Origin: Spirochaetia bacterium
GTDB taxonomy: Bacteria > Spirochaetota > Spirochaetia > SZUA-6 > Bin103
Length of the DNA: 64,000 bases
Direction of reading: 5' to 3'
Assembly: GCA_965203515.1 (NCBI GenBank)
Contig: OZ241907.1
Span: forward strand, 1,888,001-1,952,000
The stretch's first letter is position 1. Every line of letters begins with the position of its first letter. A program made the position numbers and the translations under genes. The notes under the pieces were generated by a model. It made no database searches, was not told where the DNA came from, and saw only the letters and a list, made by a program, of their open reading frames with translations. Below, piece after piece: positions 35,184 to 45,794 of this stretch.

Positions 35184-36866
35184 TCACGGCCGGACGGTGA
35201 GGGTCCGGTTCGCGGTCACGCCGCGCAGCACGGTGCGGGCGCCGTCGGGCCAGTCGACGGCCAGTGCATCGACGGTCGCCGCGGCGCCCAGCCCGAAGTG
35301 CGCGGACAGCTCGGAGGCGCCGAAGAAGCCGCCGGCGCCAATCGCGGCGGCCTGCGTGCGGCCGCCGGCGGTGACCGTCACCACGGCGCCCCAGCCGTGC
35401 GGGGCCAGCCCCGAACCGCGCGGCGGCTCCAGGAACACCCGCAGCCAGCCGGCGTCCCCGACGCCGCTCGGGCCCCTGACGCCGCTCGGGCCGCCCGCGC
35501 CGCCCAGGTCGTTGCGGAACAGCGACGGCCGCGCGCCGGCGTTGAAGATGACGATGTCGCGGTCGCCGTCCGCGTCGTAGTCGAGCGTGATCAGCGCCCG
35601 CCCCTGCAGGCGGTGCCGCAACCCGACGCGGGGGGCGTCGACCCGCTCGAACACCGGCACGCCGGCCGCGTCGGCGCCGGTGTTGCGGAACAGGAACGTC
35701 GGCTGTTGCTCCCATTCGTAGAGGCCGATACCGTTCGGTTCGATCCAGCCGGTGGTGGTCACCAGGTCGCGCAACCCGTCATGGTCCAGGTCGACCGCCT
35801 CCACGCCCCAGCCCCAACCGCCGGCGCGCACCTGCGCGGCGCGCGCCGCCTCCCGGAAGCGGTCGCCGCCGACGTTCAGGTAGAGCGCGTTGCCGGTCCC
35901 CGGCGTGCGGTGGATCGGCCAGCGCGTCGATACGCTGGTGACGTACCAGTCCGGGCGGCCGTCGCCGTTCAGGTCGGCCACGGCGCTGCCCATGCCGTTC
36001 GCCTCGCGTCCGGTGCCGGAGGCGAAGGTGAGGTCGGTGAAGGTGCCGTCGCCCTCGTTGCGGTAGTAGCGGCTCGAACCGAAGTCGCCGGCCACGATCA
36101 GCTCCGGGTAGCGGTCGCCGTTCAGGTCGACGAACTGCGCGGCAAAGGCGATCACCCGATCGTCGGCAACGCCGGCGCGGGCGCCCACTTCCGTGAAGCC
36201 GCCGTCGCCGTCGTTGCGGAACAGCACGTTGCCGCGGATGCCGGACGCCCAATTGCCCGCGAACAGGTCGAGGTCGCCGTCCAGGTCGTAGTCCCCGAAC
36301 GCCGCCGCCATGCCGCCGGCGCCGCGGTCGAGCCGGCCGTCCGGGTCGCGGTACGGCGCGCAGCACGTGAAGCCGCCGGCGCCGTTGCCGCGGTACAGCA
36401 ACAGGTGTCCGGGCGGCGGCAGCCCCGGCGGCTCGGGGCCGGCGGACGGAATGAACAGGTCCAGCGCGCCGTCGCCGTCGAAGTCGGCGGCCGCCGCGCC
36501 GTGGGCGCGATGCACGCGCGCCAGACCGGCCGGCCCGGCCCGGTCGATGAAGGTACCGTCGCGCCGGTTGATGAACAGCCGGTCGGGGGCGCCGCCGCCG
36601 GTGGCGTAGAAGATGTCCTGCCACCCGTCGCCGTCGAAGTCGCCGGCCGCGCCGCCGGGAGCGGTGGGCGGTGCGGAGACCGCGCCCGGATGGCCGCGGC
36701 CCAGGCCGGCCGGCACGCCGACCTCTCGAAACTGCATCGGCGGCGCGGCCACCGCGGCCGGCGCCGCGCAGAGCGCGGCCGCCAGCGCGCCGATCGCGAA
36801 ACGGCGGCGGTGGTGCGTCGTGAGCCTCCTTGGGGGAGCGCGCCGCTTGACATCGGCCGCTCGCAC
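35184..36866 (-). CDS. Secreted FG-GAP / ASPIC-UnbV (CRTAC1-like) protein
   Basis: Signal peptide; many DxDGDGxxD repeats; C-terminal AHFGLG; start uncertain. Confidence 0.85.
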   Translation of the reverse strand: MRAADVKRRAPPRRLTTHHRRRFAIGALAAALCAAPAAVAAPPMQFREVGVPAGLGRGHPGAVSAPPTAPGGAAGDFDGDGWQDIFYATGGGAPDRLFINRRDGTFIDRAGPAGLARVHRAHGAAAADFDGDGALDLFIPSAGPEPPGLPPPGHLLLYRGNGAGGFTCCAPYRDPDGRLDRGAGGMAAAFGDYDLDGDLDLFAGNWASGIRGNVLFRNDGDGGFTEVGARAGVADDRVIAFAAQFVDLNGDRYPELIVAGDFGSSRYYRNEGDGTFTDLTFASGTGREANGMGSAVADLNGDGRPDWYVTSVSTRWPIHRTPGTGNALYLNVGGDRFREAARAAQVRAGGWGWGVEAVDLDHDGLRDLVTTTGWIEPNGIGLYEWEQQPTFLFRNTGADAAGVPVFERVDAPRVGLRHRLQGRALITLDYDADGDRDIVIFNAGARPSLFRNDLGGAGGPSGVRGPSGVGDAGWLRVFLEPPRGSGLAPHGWGAVVTVTAGGRTQAAAIGAGGFFGASELSAHFGLGAAATVDALAVDWPDGARTVLRGVTANRTLTVRP

Positions 36867-36908
36867 GTCAATCTAACCTGACCCGGCGACGGTTCGCAGG
36901 AGGAGTCG

Positions 36909-37145
36909 ATGGCGACGATCAAGGGGACGATCACCGACCGGACGAGCGGCCAGCCCGCCGCGTGCACGGTCCACGTGCTGTCGTCGGACGGCAGCTTCGT
37001 GCATCCGTACGGGGCGGTACTGAAGGTCGGCCCCGGCACGCCGGCGTTCTATTGCGACGGCGCCTTCGAGGTGAAGGTGCCGACCGGCGGGGTGCGCGTG
37101 CTGGTCGAGCGCGGCACCGAGTACGTGCCGCTGGAGCGGCGGTGA
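36909..37145 (+). pseudogene. 78-aa ORF resembling the N-terminal domain of CehA/McbA-type metallohydrolases; truncated
   Basis: Strong RBS AGGAGGAG; GTITD..FYCDGAFEV..VERGTEY, then a stop overlapping the next GTG. Confidence 0.5.
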
Positions 37146-38797
37146 CGGCCCGAAAGCCGCGCGGGCGGCTGGCGCGGAACTACCGGCTGACCTGGGTCGA
37201 CGACTCGGGCTTTACCGCCGCGGCGATCAACCCGCCGGTGAGCCCGGCACGGCTGGCGCACCTGATGGTGGGCGGGCTGGCCGGCACCCCGGTCGATGCG
37301 TTCGTGGCTACGGTCGGCCCGTCGGCGGGATACACGTTGTCGTATCCGACCAGGGTGGACGGCATGGAGTTCCTGGTCGATCGCCTGAACGCCGGCGCCG
37401 TGCTGGGAGGCGGCGGGCAGTGGCGCGGCGGGGAGAACCTCCGCCGGCTCTGGGCGGACGGTCACGATCCCGTGCGGATCGTCATGGACGAGGCGCACCG
37501 GCTGGGGATCGACTTTTGGCTGCAGCTGCGCATGAACGACTGGCACCACGTCGACCACCGCGGCAAGGTCTACCGGCTGATCGGCAGCGACTGGTACGAG
37601 AGCCACCCGGAACTGCTGATCGGCACGGACGGGGCGGCCGGCTGGCCCGAGTCGCTGCAGGCGTCGATGGCGTGGTTCCAGGACTTCGCCCACGAGCGGG
37701 TGCGCCGCATCCGCTTCGAGACCGCCCGCGAGGCGATCGAGCGCTACGACGCGGACGGCTGGGAGTACGACTTCATGCGCTGCCCCGGCCTGTTCCGGTA
37801 TGGCGAGGAGCGCCGCAACGCGCACCTGATCACCGATCTGATCCGCGACACGCGGCGCATGCTCGACGAGGTCGGACGCGCGCGCGGCAAGACGCTCGGC
37901 CTGTCGGTGCGCGTCCCCAATACGGTCGCCGGCGCCGCCATGCTCGGCCTGGACGTGGAGGAATGGGTCGCCGATCACCTGATCGACATCGTGGTCCCGT
38001 CGACCTTCTTCGCCCAGGACACCGAAGAGGACATGCGCGAGTGGGTGAAGCTGGCAGCCGGCACGCCGGTGCTGGTCCATCCGGCGATCGAGGAGGGCTT
38101 CCTCACCGGCATGCGTACCGGATACGGCATCCCCTATTTCCAGGTGAAGTCCGACCCGATGCAGGCGATGACGGTCGAGATGATCCGCGCACTGGCCGCC
38201 CGCCACCACGCCGCCGGCGTGGACGGCCTGTACCTGTTCAACTTTCCCGGCACCTGGGGAACCTACCGGTACGACAACAGTCCGGCCCTCGATGACATAG
38301 CCTCGCCGCTGCGGCTGCGGTTCAAGGACAAGCGGTACGCGGTCATGCGCCGCAACGGATCGTTCCCGAACTGCTTTCCGCAGGAGCGGCGGATTCCGGC
38401 CGAGCTGGGGCCGGAGCCGACCGAGGTTCGCATCGAGGTGGCGGACGACCTGGCCGCCGCCGGCGCGCGCGTGCGGGCGGTGCGCCTGAAGCTGCTGCTG
38501 GTCGAGCCGTGTCACGAGGATCGGCTGGAGGTGCGCCTGAACGGAGGCGAGCCGCTGCCGGTCGCCAACCCGATGGCCGCCGGCCGGGCGGCTCCCGGCG
38601 AGCGCGCGTGGGCGGTGTTCGACCTGACCCCGTCACCGCCCCGCCGGGGCGTCAACCGGATCAGCGTGCGGGCGGAACGCCACCCGCGCCTGGCCGCGGA
38701 ACTGCCGCTCGTGCTCAGCGACGTGGAGATCGACGTCTCGTACCGCTACCCGAACGGCCCCTGGCGCCGTCCTCCCGGCTTCGACCCGCGAACGTAG
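37142..38797 (+). CDS. GH10-like/DUF187-type TIM-barrel hydrolase-like protein
   Basis: RMNDWH, DFAHERVR, YDADGWEYDFMR, GVDGLYLFN; paralog of 43970-45655. Confidence 0.75.
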   Translation: MTARKPRGRLARNYRLTWVDDSGFTAAAINPPVSPARLAHLMVGGLAGTPVDAFVATVGPSAGYTLSYPTRVDGMEFLVDRLNAGAVLGGGGQWRGGENLRRLWADGHDPVRIVMDEAHRLGIDFWLQLRMNDWHHVDHRGKVYRLIGSDWYESHPELLIGTDGAAGWPESLQASMAWFQDFAHERVRRIRFETAREAIERYDADGWEYDFMRCPGLFRYGEERRNAHLITDLIRDTRRMLDEVGRARGKTLGLSVRVPNTVAGAAMLGLDVEEWVADHLIDIVVPSTFFAQDTEEDMREWVKLAAGTPVLVHPAIEEGFLTGMRTGYGIPYFQVKSDPMQAMTVEMIRALAARHHAAGVDGLYLFNFPGTWGTYRYDNSPALDDIASPLRLRFKDKRYAVMRRNGSFPNCFPQERRIPAELGPEPTEVRIEVADDLAAAGARVRAVRLKLLLVEPCHEDRLEVRLNGGEPLPVANPMAAGRAAPGERAWAVFDLTPSPPRRGVNRISVRAERHPRLAAELPLVLSDVEIDVSYRYPNGPWRRPPGFDPRT

Positions 38798-38868
38798 CGG
38801 CTCGGTACCGCGGGCCGAAGCGGCGCAATCCGCTGGCCGGCTGACCGCTGGGCGGTTGAGCGGATCGG

Positions 38869-39963
38869 CTACGCGTTGCCGAGCAGGTCGTCCTCACCCT
38901 TGAGGCGCAGCTCGCCGGCGAAGTGGCAGGCGGACAGGTGGCCGTCGCCGCCGGCCGGCGCGAGCGGCGGCAGCTCCTCCTCGCAGACCGGTTGCCGGTA
39001 CGGGCAGCGGGTGTGGAACGGGCAGCCGGTCGGCACCTTGGCCACGTCCGGGATGTCGCCTTCCAGGATGATGCGCTTGAGCGGGCGGTGCGGGTTGGGC
39101 TGCGGGATGCCGGAGAAGAGCGCCTCCGTGTAGGGGTGCCTGGGTCTGAGGAAGATATCGCGCCGTTCGCCGATCTCCACGAAGTGTCCGAGGTACATCA
39201 CGGCGACGCGGTCGGTCATGTGTCGGATTACGCTGAGATCGTGCGTGACGAACAGCACGGTCAGGCGCAGGTCGCGCTGCAGGTCCAGCAGCAGGTTGAG
39301 GATCTGCGCCTGCACGGAGACATCCAGGGCGGAGGTCGGCTCGTCGGCCAGCAGGAGCTGGGGATCGAGCGCCAACGCGCGCGCCACGCCGATGCGCTGC
39401 CGCTGGCCGCCGGAGAAGGCGTACGGGTACCGGTTGAGCTGCTCCGGCTTCAGCCCGACCATCCGCATGAGCCGCTTCACCGCGTCGTCGAGCCGGTCGC
39501 CCCTCAGGCCGTCGTTCACCATCAGCGGCTCGCCGATGATGCGGCGCACGGTCATGCGTGGATTGAGCGACGACTCCGGGTCCTGAAAGACGACGCGGAT
39601 GCGGCGCCGCACCGTCTTGAGCGCCTCCCGATCGGCCGCCGCCACGTCGATCGGCGGGGCGTCGTGCGGGCTGAACAGGATATGGCCGCCGGTCGGCTCC
39701 ACGGCGCGCACCAGCAGGCGGAGCACGGTGGTCTTGCCGGAACCGCTCTCGCCGACCAGGCCGAGTGTCTCGCCGCGCCGCACCTGGAAGCTCACGTCGT
39801 CGACGGCGCGGATCCACCCCACGGTGTGCTTGAGGATGCCGCGCTTGATCGGAAAGTACTTCTTGAGGCCGCGCACCGACAGGACGTCGGCCGTACCGGT
39901 CCCGCTCGGGCCGGCGCCGCTCGGGCCGGAGTCGTTTGCGCCGGAGTCGCCGCGTTCAGCCAC
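38869..39963 (-). CDS. ABC ATP-binding protein (OppF type)
   Basis: GESGSGKT, FSGGQRQR, ADEPTSALD, GCPFHTRC. Confidence 0.93.
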   Translation of the reverse strand: MAERGDSGANDSGPSGAGPSGTGTADVLSVRGLKKYFPIKRGILKHTVGWIRAVDDVSFQVRRGETLGLVGESGSGKTTVLRLLVRAVEPTGGHILFSPHDAPPIDVAAADREALKTVRRRIRVVFQDPESSLNPRMTVRRIIGEPLMVNDGLRGDRLDDAVKRLMRMVGLKPEQLNRYPYAFSGGQRQRIGVARALALDPQLLLADEPTSALDVSVQAQILNLLLDLQRDLRLTVLFVTHDLSVIRHMTDRVAVMYLGHFVEIGERRDIFLRPRHPYTEALFSGIPQPNPHRPLKRIILEGDIPDVAKVPTGCPFHTRCPYRQPVCEEELPPLAPAGGDGHLSACHFAGELRLKGEDDLLGNA

Positions 39964-41074
39964 CGGACGCCTCCCCGGCCGGCTCCGGCACGGCCGGCTC
40001 GACCACCTCGCTCCCCTCGTAGAGGAAGCAGCGCACCGTATGGCCGCCGGCCGTGCGGTAGAGCGGCGGCAGGTTCGCGTCGCAGGTGCCGGCGATGAAC
40101 TCCCGGCACCGGTTGCTGAACGGGCAGCCGCGCGGGCGGCTGTAGGGGTCCGGCACCGTTCCCTCGATCGCCTGCAGGCGGCTCTTCGGCTCCACGCCGA
40201 TGCCGGGGATCGAGTTCAGCAGCGCCCTCGTGTACGGATGCTTGGGCTCGTCGAAGATGGCCGCCACCTCGCCCTGTTCCACCACGGCGCCCAGGTACAT
40301 CACGACCACCTCGTGCGCCAGCTCGGCGATGACCCCCATGTTGTGGGTGATGAAGATCATCGACATGCGGTTGGCGTCGTGCAGCCGGCGCAGCAGATCC
40401 AGCACCTTGGCCTGAATGGTGACGTCGATCGCCGTGGTCGGCTCGTCGGCCATCAGCAGGCGAGGGCTGCCGGCCAACGCCATGGCGACCAGCACGCGCT
40501 GCCGCATGCCGCCCGACAGCTCGAAGATATAGGAATCGATCAGGGTGCGCGGGGAGGGGATGCCGACCTCGGCCAGCAGGTCCGCGCAACGGTCGCGGCC
40601 GGCCTCCCTGGTGAGATCGGGGTCGTACAGGCGGAGCGCCTCGACGATCTGGCTGCCGACCGTGTGCACGGGGCTCAGCGCGCTCATCGGTTCCTGGAAG
40701 ATCATGGCGATCTCCCGGCCGCGGATCGATCGGAACTCCTCGCTCTTCGGGTCGAGGCGCGCCAAGTCCATGACGCCGGAGGCGTCGGCGGCTTCCGTCC
40801 CGGTCGTGACGGTCGTGCCGTGGAAGCGGATGCTGCCGGCGACGATCCGGCCGGGCGGCGGGATGATGCCCAGGATGGAGCGCGCCGCCACCGACTTGCC
40901 GCAGCCGCTCTCTCCGACGATGCCGACGATGCGCTGTTCGGGCACCCGGAACGACAGCCCGTCCACGGCGCGGACCACCCCCAGATTGGTGAAGAACCAC
41001 GTGCGCAGCCCGGAGACGTCCAGGAGCGGCTTTCCAGCCCCGCCGCCGGTGCCGGCTCCTGCCACGTCAGCCAT
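39956..41074 (-). CDS. ABC ATP-binding protein (OppD type)
   Basis: [23 protein letters not shown]. Confidence 0.93.
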   Translation of the reverse strand: MADVAGAGTGGGAGKPLLDVSGLRTWFFTNLGVVRAVDGLSFRVPEQRIVGIVGESGCGKSVAARSILGIIPPPGRIVAGSIRFHGTTVTTGTEAADASGVMDLARLDPKSEEFRSIRGREIAMIFQEPMSALSPVHTVGSQIVEALRLYDPDLTREAGRDRCADLLAEVGIPSPRTLIDSYIFELSGGMRQRVLVAMALAGSPRLLMADEPTTAIDVTIQAKVLDLLRRLHDANRMSMIFITHNMGVIAELAHEVVVMYLGAVVEQGEVAAIFDEPKHPYTRALLNSIPGIGVEPKSRLQAIEGTVPDPYSRPRGCPFSNRCREFIAGTCDANLPPLYRTAGGHTVRCFLYEGSEVVEPAVPEPAGEASGG

Positions 41075-41089
41075 GCGCAATGCGCCGTT

Positions 41090-41536
41090 TCAGGAGAGCG
41101 TGACCGTTCCTGTCCTGCCCTCATAGACCAAGGTGAATTCCTGCAGGAACGTTCGGCCCATGAGCGCATAATGCGGCTGTCCTCCGGCAGTCAGGTGAAC
41201 GCCGGCGAATACGCCGTACATCGTAAAATCCAAGGCCGGGACGTAGATATGGGCAAGATGCATGTCGACCTCGCCACTGCCATGGACTCCAGCCACCTGC
41301 TGTCGATCGACAGTCGGCAGGTTCAACGTGACGGCGAGCGCCGAGTCGACGCAACACTCGGCCGCGCCCGTATCCACCAGCGCGGGAAACTGTTGCCCCG
41401 GTAGACGGGGCCGGGCGCCGGGCCGAAAGTTCGGATCGAAGCCGATCTCCACCGGCAGCGACGGACCGAACAAGGCCAACGCATCCCGTCCTGACTGCCC
41501 CGGACGGTCAGGGAAGCCGCAATCAACCGCCGGCAT
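41090..41536 (-). CDS. Retropepsin-like single-domain aspartic protease
   Basis: ALVDTGA catalytic motif and ALMGRTFL. Confidence 0.85.
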   Translation of the reverse strand: MPAVDCGFPDRPGQSGRDALALFGPSLPVEIGFDPNFRPGARPRLPGQQFPALVDTGAAECCVDSALAVTLNLPTVDRQQVAGVHGSGEVDMHLAHIYVPALDFTMYGVFAGVHLTAGGQPHYALMGRTFLQEFTLVYEGRTGTVTLS

Positions 41537-41771
41537 GGACCGGTCGATACTTCACCGAAGCAGGTAGTACCAGCGGCGGCGCACCGATCCGTCTGATCAA
41601 ATACGGCCCCCTGCCGAAGCGCTGTACCGCGTCATCGGCTGCCTTCTCGAGTGATTCGTACGTGCCGACGAGCTTTTCGTCGCGCACCACGACCCACTCG
41701 CCGAGGTGGTCGACTTCCAGGTCGTTGCGCATGCGCTCGTAGGCTGCGATCTCATTACTCAAAGTGGCCAT
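41523..41771 (-). CDS. DUF5678-like small protein
   Basis: HLGEWVVVRDEKLVGTYES..FGRGPYLIRRIG; overlaps the protease start. Confidence 0.7.
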   Translation of the reverse strand: MATLSNEIAAYERMRNDLEVDHLGEWVVVRDEKLVGTYESLEKAADDAVQRFGRGPYLIRRIGAPPLVLPASVKYRPVHAGG

Positions 41772-41879
41772 GGTTCTGTGTCCCTCCTGCTCAGGGGAGT
41801 CGGGCCGGGGCGATTCCTCGGGAGAACGAGAGAGCATATGGTAATCGGTTCCCGATCCCGCGCCAAGTCACGTCCACCG

Positions 41880-43487
41880 CTACCGGTAGCGGATGTCCGC
41901 CTCCACCTTTTCGACGACGATGCCGTTCCCGTAGGTGGCGGGGCGGTACGGGGCGCGGGCGCCGGCGGCGATGGAGATGCGGTTCTCGCCGGTGATCAGG
42001 TCGCCCGCGGGCAGCTCGAAGGTGACCTGCAGCAGCCGCTGCTCGGCGTCCTCGACGTAGGCGGGGATGCTGCCGGCCGGAAGCTGCGGTCGGCCGCCGT
42101 AGATCTGCGGGTCCTTGATCGAGGCGTCGCGGCCCAGCTCGCGCAGGCGCCGGCCGCCCAGCCAGACCTCGATCCGATCGCCGGGATCGGCGGCCCACAG
42201 GATCACGCGCAGGCGCGCCCGGGCCACCGTTTCGGCCGGCACGTCCGGCCAGACGTACAGCGGCAGGTCGACCGGCGGCCCGTGGTTGGGCAGCTCCGCC
42301 GGCAGCGGCCGGTCGTGGTTGCAGCAGTGGAAGCAGCCGCGATCGGTCCACGGAAAGCCGCCGCGGCGCTCGATGACGTAGGTGGCGTCGCGTCCGGCCA
42401 TGGCGTCCGGCTCGCCGATCAGGAACATCGCCTCGGTATGCTGCCGGTACGTGCCGGCCATGACGTCGCCCTGCGAGCCGAGGCGGGCGTAGCGCTCCTC
42501 GGGAGCGGTCGGCCAGTTGAAGACGGTGACGAAGTCGGCGCCCTGCGCCCGGAAGTTGGAGAACGCCCCGATGAAGACTTCCAGCGGCGGGCTGCAGTAG
42601 CCGTCGGTCGAGTGGTGGGCGTCGTGGGTGGCGGCGATGCGGATCGGCGTGCCGGCGGCGACGGCGCGGAAGCCGGCCACGTCGACGGTGAGCGTGCGCG
42701 AGCCGATCACGAAGATGTCGACCAGCAGCTCGCGCGCCCAGGTCGCCGCGTCCAGGCCGTCGGCCGCGCAACCGGCCACCGTCTCCGGCACCTTCGCGGC
42801 CAGCAGGATCGGCCGGCCGGTCTGCGCCTCCATCCGCAGGGTCATCTCCCGCACGCCGCGCACGTAGGCGGTGGCGTCCTCGCGGTGCTGCCACTGGCGG
42901 CCGATCGGCAGGGTCGGCTGGTGCCGGGAGAAGTCGAGCTGGATGCCGTCGAAGGCGTAGCGCGCGAGCAGATCGCGCAGCACCGCCACCTTGTGCTCGC
43001 GGAGGCCGGGCGAGGAGAGATCGTAGAGCCCCTGCCACCACCAGCAGCGCTGCACCCAGTCGGGATGCTCCGCCTTCAGCCAGTTCCGGCGCGCCGGGTC
43101 GGTGAGCGGCTGGCCGAGCGACGGCTGCGCGGGATCGACCGGCGCCACGCGGCTGTTCCAGAACACCTCCAGTCCGCGGCGGCGGGTCTCCTCGACCAGG
43201 GTGCCGACGAAGTCGACCCCCTGCTCGCGCCACCGGTTGAGACCCGGGTCGTCCAGCAACGGCAGCCGTTCGGTGGGGTAGAGCGCGTAGGCGTCCTCGC
43301 CGTCGCCCACGTCCCAGATGAAGCCGTCGATCTGGCTGCCGGCCATGTCGGCGTGGTGGAAGCGCAGATCGACGTAGTCGCGCATCGGGATGCCCAGCAG
43401 GTCGAGCGGCGTCATCCCGTCCATCTGGTCGAGGATGCGCCGCCGGCGGGCGACCGCCGCCAGATGCGCGTCGGTGAGCCGAATCAC
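41880..43487 (-). CDS. GH10-like/DUF187-type hydrolase-like protein (distant paralog)
   Basis: LKAEHPDW, YAFDGIQLDFSR, GADFVTVFN. Confidence 0.7.
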   Translation of the reverse strand: MIRLTDAHLAAVARRRRILDQMDGMTPLDLLGIPMRDYVDLRFHHADMAGSQIDGFIWDVGDGEDAYALYPTERLPLLDDPGLNRWREQGVDFVGTLVEETRRRGLEVFWNSRVAPVDPAQPSLGQPLTDPARRNWLKAEHPDWVQRCWWWQGLYDLSSPGLREHKVAVLRDLLARYAFDGIQLDFSRHQPTLPIGRQWQHREDATAYVRGVREMTLRMEAQTGRPILLAAKVPETVAGCAADGLDAATWARELLVDIFVIGSRTLTVDVAGFRAVAAGTPIRIAATHDAHHSTDGYCSPPLEVFIGAFSNFRAQGADFVTVFNWPTAPEERYARLGSQGDVMAGTYRQHTEAMFLIGEPDAMAGRDATYVIERRGGFPWTDRGCFHCCNHDRPLPAELPNHGPPVDLPLYVWPDVPAETVARARLRVILWAADPGDRIEVWLGGRRLRELGRDASIKDPQIYGGRPQLPAGSIPAYVEDAEQRLLQVTFELPAGDLITGENRISIAAGARAPYRPATYGNGIVVEKVEADIRYR

Positions 43488-43550
43488 GCGCGCCAGTCTA
43501 TCCGATCGGCGCTATTCCCGATCGGTGGGATATGATCGGCGTCCACGCGC

Positions 43551-43973
43551 ATGTCGGTCCTGCTGGTCGTGCTGCTGGCCGCCGCCGCGGTCGGCGGCGT
43601 GTCGTTCCTGTTGCGGCTCATGCTCACCCGGGGGCTCCGCCGCGTCGAGACGCTGATCAACGACGCCGTCGCCGACACCGCCGACATCGTCAACGATCGG
43701 GCGTTGCCGGAGCGCTGGCGCCGCGAGGCGGCGCGGGCGGTGCGGCGCCGCGCCGCGCCGCGCCGGGACGAAGCGGCGAAACGGCTGGTCCTCAAGCGGC
43801 TGGACCGGCTGATCGCGCAGGTGGAGCGCGGCGTCGTGATGCAGGGGGAGACGCGCGCGTTCGCCGCCGAGCGGCTGCGCGCCGCCCGCCGGCGCTGGGC
43901 GGCGCTCGGTTGGCCGGAGATCGCTGCCGCGGTCGCCCCGCCGCCGTCGGCCGAGTCGCACGCGGCGGATTAG
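43551..43973 (+). CDS. Hypothetical small membrane-anchored protein
   Basis: N-terminal hydrophobic helix; fills the gap between flanking genes. Confidence 0.55.
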   Translation: MSVLLVVLLAAAAVGGVSFLLRLMLTRGLRRVETLINDAVADTADIVNDRALPERWRREAARAVRRRAAPRRDEAAKRLVLKRLDRLIAQVERGVVMQGETRAFAAERLRAARRRWAALGWPEIAAAVAPPPSAESHAAD

Positions 43974-45655
43974 CTGACCGGCAGGCCCAACTCGGGGACG
44001 TCGGCCGTCGCGCCGTGCGGCGGCAGCCGGCCGCTTCGGGACCCCTCGTAGCCGATCTCCAGTTCCGCGTCCTCCACGGTGAGCGGCAGCTCGCCGGCGG
44101 TGCGCGGATTGCGCCGGAGGGCGCGCACGGTGAAGCGGTTCACGCCGGCGCGCGGCGGCGCGCCGCGCAGATCGTAGATGAACCACGCCGACAGCGGGTC
44201 CTGGCGGACGCCGGGCGCCATCGGATTGACCACCTGCAGCGGCGCGGCGCCGGCCTCGCCTGCCATGCGCACCTCCAGCTCGTCCGCCACGGTCGCGTTG
44301 GCCACGTGCAGCAGCAACCGCACCGAGCGGACCAAGTCCCCGGCGGCGGCCGGGTCGTCGGCGATGTCGAAGGAGAGCGGCGCCGGATCGCCGGTGATGG
44401 TGAGCGGCAGGTCGCGCCGGGCGCGCAGGCAGTTGGGAAACGACTCCGACGAGCGCATGACCAGGTAGCGCTTGTCCAGGTAGCGCAACCGCTCGGCATC
44501 GGCGATGTCGTCGAGGGCGGGCGCCAGGTCGTAGTCGTAGGTCGGGGTGGTTCCGAACCAGTTGAATACGTACAGGCCGTCGACGCCGGCGCGGTGGTGG
44601 CGCGCGGCCAGGGCGCGCACCATCTCGATCGACATCGGCGTCATCAGCGGCGGGTTGTAGAACCAGCGGTTGTGGCCGTCGGTATGGCCGGCCAGGTATC
44701 CCTCCTCGAGCGCGGCCAGCAGGTACACGGGCGATTCCCGCACCAGCGGCGTCCACTCGGCCGCGTCGTGCTCGGTGTCCTGCGCGAAGAAAGGCGAGGT
44801 CACCACCACGTCGACCAGGTGGTCGTCGATCCAGGTCTCGATGTCGATCCCCAGCCGATGGGCGCCGTCGACGGTGGGCGGCAGGCGCACCGCCAGCCCC
44901 AGGGAGCGGCCCTTGGCGCGGCCGATCTCGTCCAGGCCGGCCCGCGTCTCGCGCATCATCCGCGTCAGCAGCGGGGCGTTGCGCCGCTCCTCCCCGAACC
45001 GGAAGTAACCCGGCACGCGCATGAAGTCGAACAGGAAGCCGGCGCAGTCGTAGCGCTCGCACACCTCCAGGGCGATGTCGCGGCGCAGGGCGCGCACCTC
45101 CTCGTGCGCGAAGTCCTGCATCCAGGTCAGCGGAGCCTGCAGCGACGGGTGGTCCCGCCAGCCGGCGGCGCCGTCCGCGCCGATCAGAAGGTCGGTGCGC
45201 TCCTCGTAGAACCGGCTGCCGCCGAGCCGATAGACCGTGCCGGCGGCGCTGTCGACGTGGTGCCAGTCGTTCATGCTCAGGCGGAACCAGAAGTCGATGC
45301 CCAGCCGGCGCGCCTCCTCCACCTGCAGGGCCAGCGGGTCGAGGCCGGCCGCCCAGGTCCGCTTCAGGTTCTCGGCGTGGCGCCAGTAGCGGACGTCGCC
45401 GAGCGCGGCGCCCCGCTCGTACCGCTCGACCAGATACTCCATGCGCGTCTTGCGCGAGGGAAACGCGCAGACGTAGCCGGCGTCCGGTCCGATCCCCTCC
45501 GCGCAGGCGTCGACCGGGGTCCCCTCGAAGAAGCCCAGGTGCGCCGCCGCCACCGTCTCCGGCGCCATCGGCGGATTGTGGGCCGACTCGAAGCCGTGGT
45601 TCTGGTCCCACATGACGCGGTACCGCCGTGCCAACCGTCCCTGGGGCTTGCTCAT
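43970..45655 (-). CDS. GH10-like/DUF187-type hydrolase-like protein
   Basis: RBS GGAGG; SMNDWH, DFAHEEVR, FDFMR, GVDGLYVFN. Confidence 0.78.
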   Translation of the reverse strand: MSKPQGRLARRYRVMWDQNHGFESAHNPPMAPETVAAAHLGFFEGTPVDACAEGIGPDAGYVCAFPSRKTRMEYLVERYERGAALGDVRYWRHAENLKRTWAAGLDPLALQVEEARRLGIDFWFRLSMNDWHHVDSAAGTVYRLGGSRFYEERTDLLIGADGAAGWRDHPSLQAPLTWMQDFAHEEVRALRRDIALEVCERYDCAGFLFDFMRVPGYFRFGEERRNAPLLTRMMRETRAGLDEIGRAKGRSLGLAVRLPPTVDGAHRLGIDIETWIDDHLVDVVVTSPFFAQDTEHDAAEWTPLVRESPVYLLAALEEGYLAGHTDGHNRWFYNPPLMTPMSIEMVRALAARHHRAGVDGLYVFNWFGTTPTYDYDLAPALDDIADAERLRYLDKRYLVMRSSESFPNCLRARRDLPLTITGDPAPLSFDIADDPAAAGDLVRSVRLLLHVANATVADELEVRMAGEAGAAPLQVVNPMAPGVRQDPLSAWFIYDLRGAPPRAGVNRFTVRALRRNPRTAGELPLTVEDAELEIGYEGSRSGRLPPHGATADVPELGLPVS

Positions 45656-45794
45656 CCGTCCTCCCTCCTGCGCGCGGGCCGGGTCAACCGTAGACGGGTC
45701 GGCGCCGCCGCGTCGAGTTGCCGGCGGCCGGCCGGCTCTTATCGAGCCGCGATTGACCGGCGGCGCGGCCGCTCCGCATCATGCGGCTCTCCGC

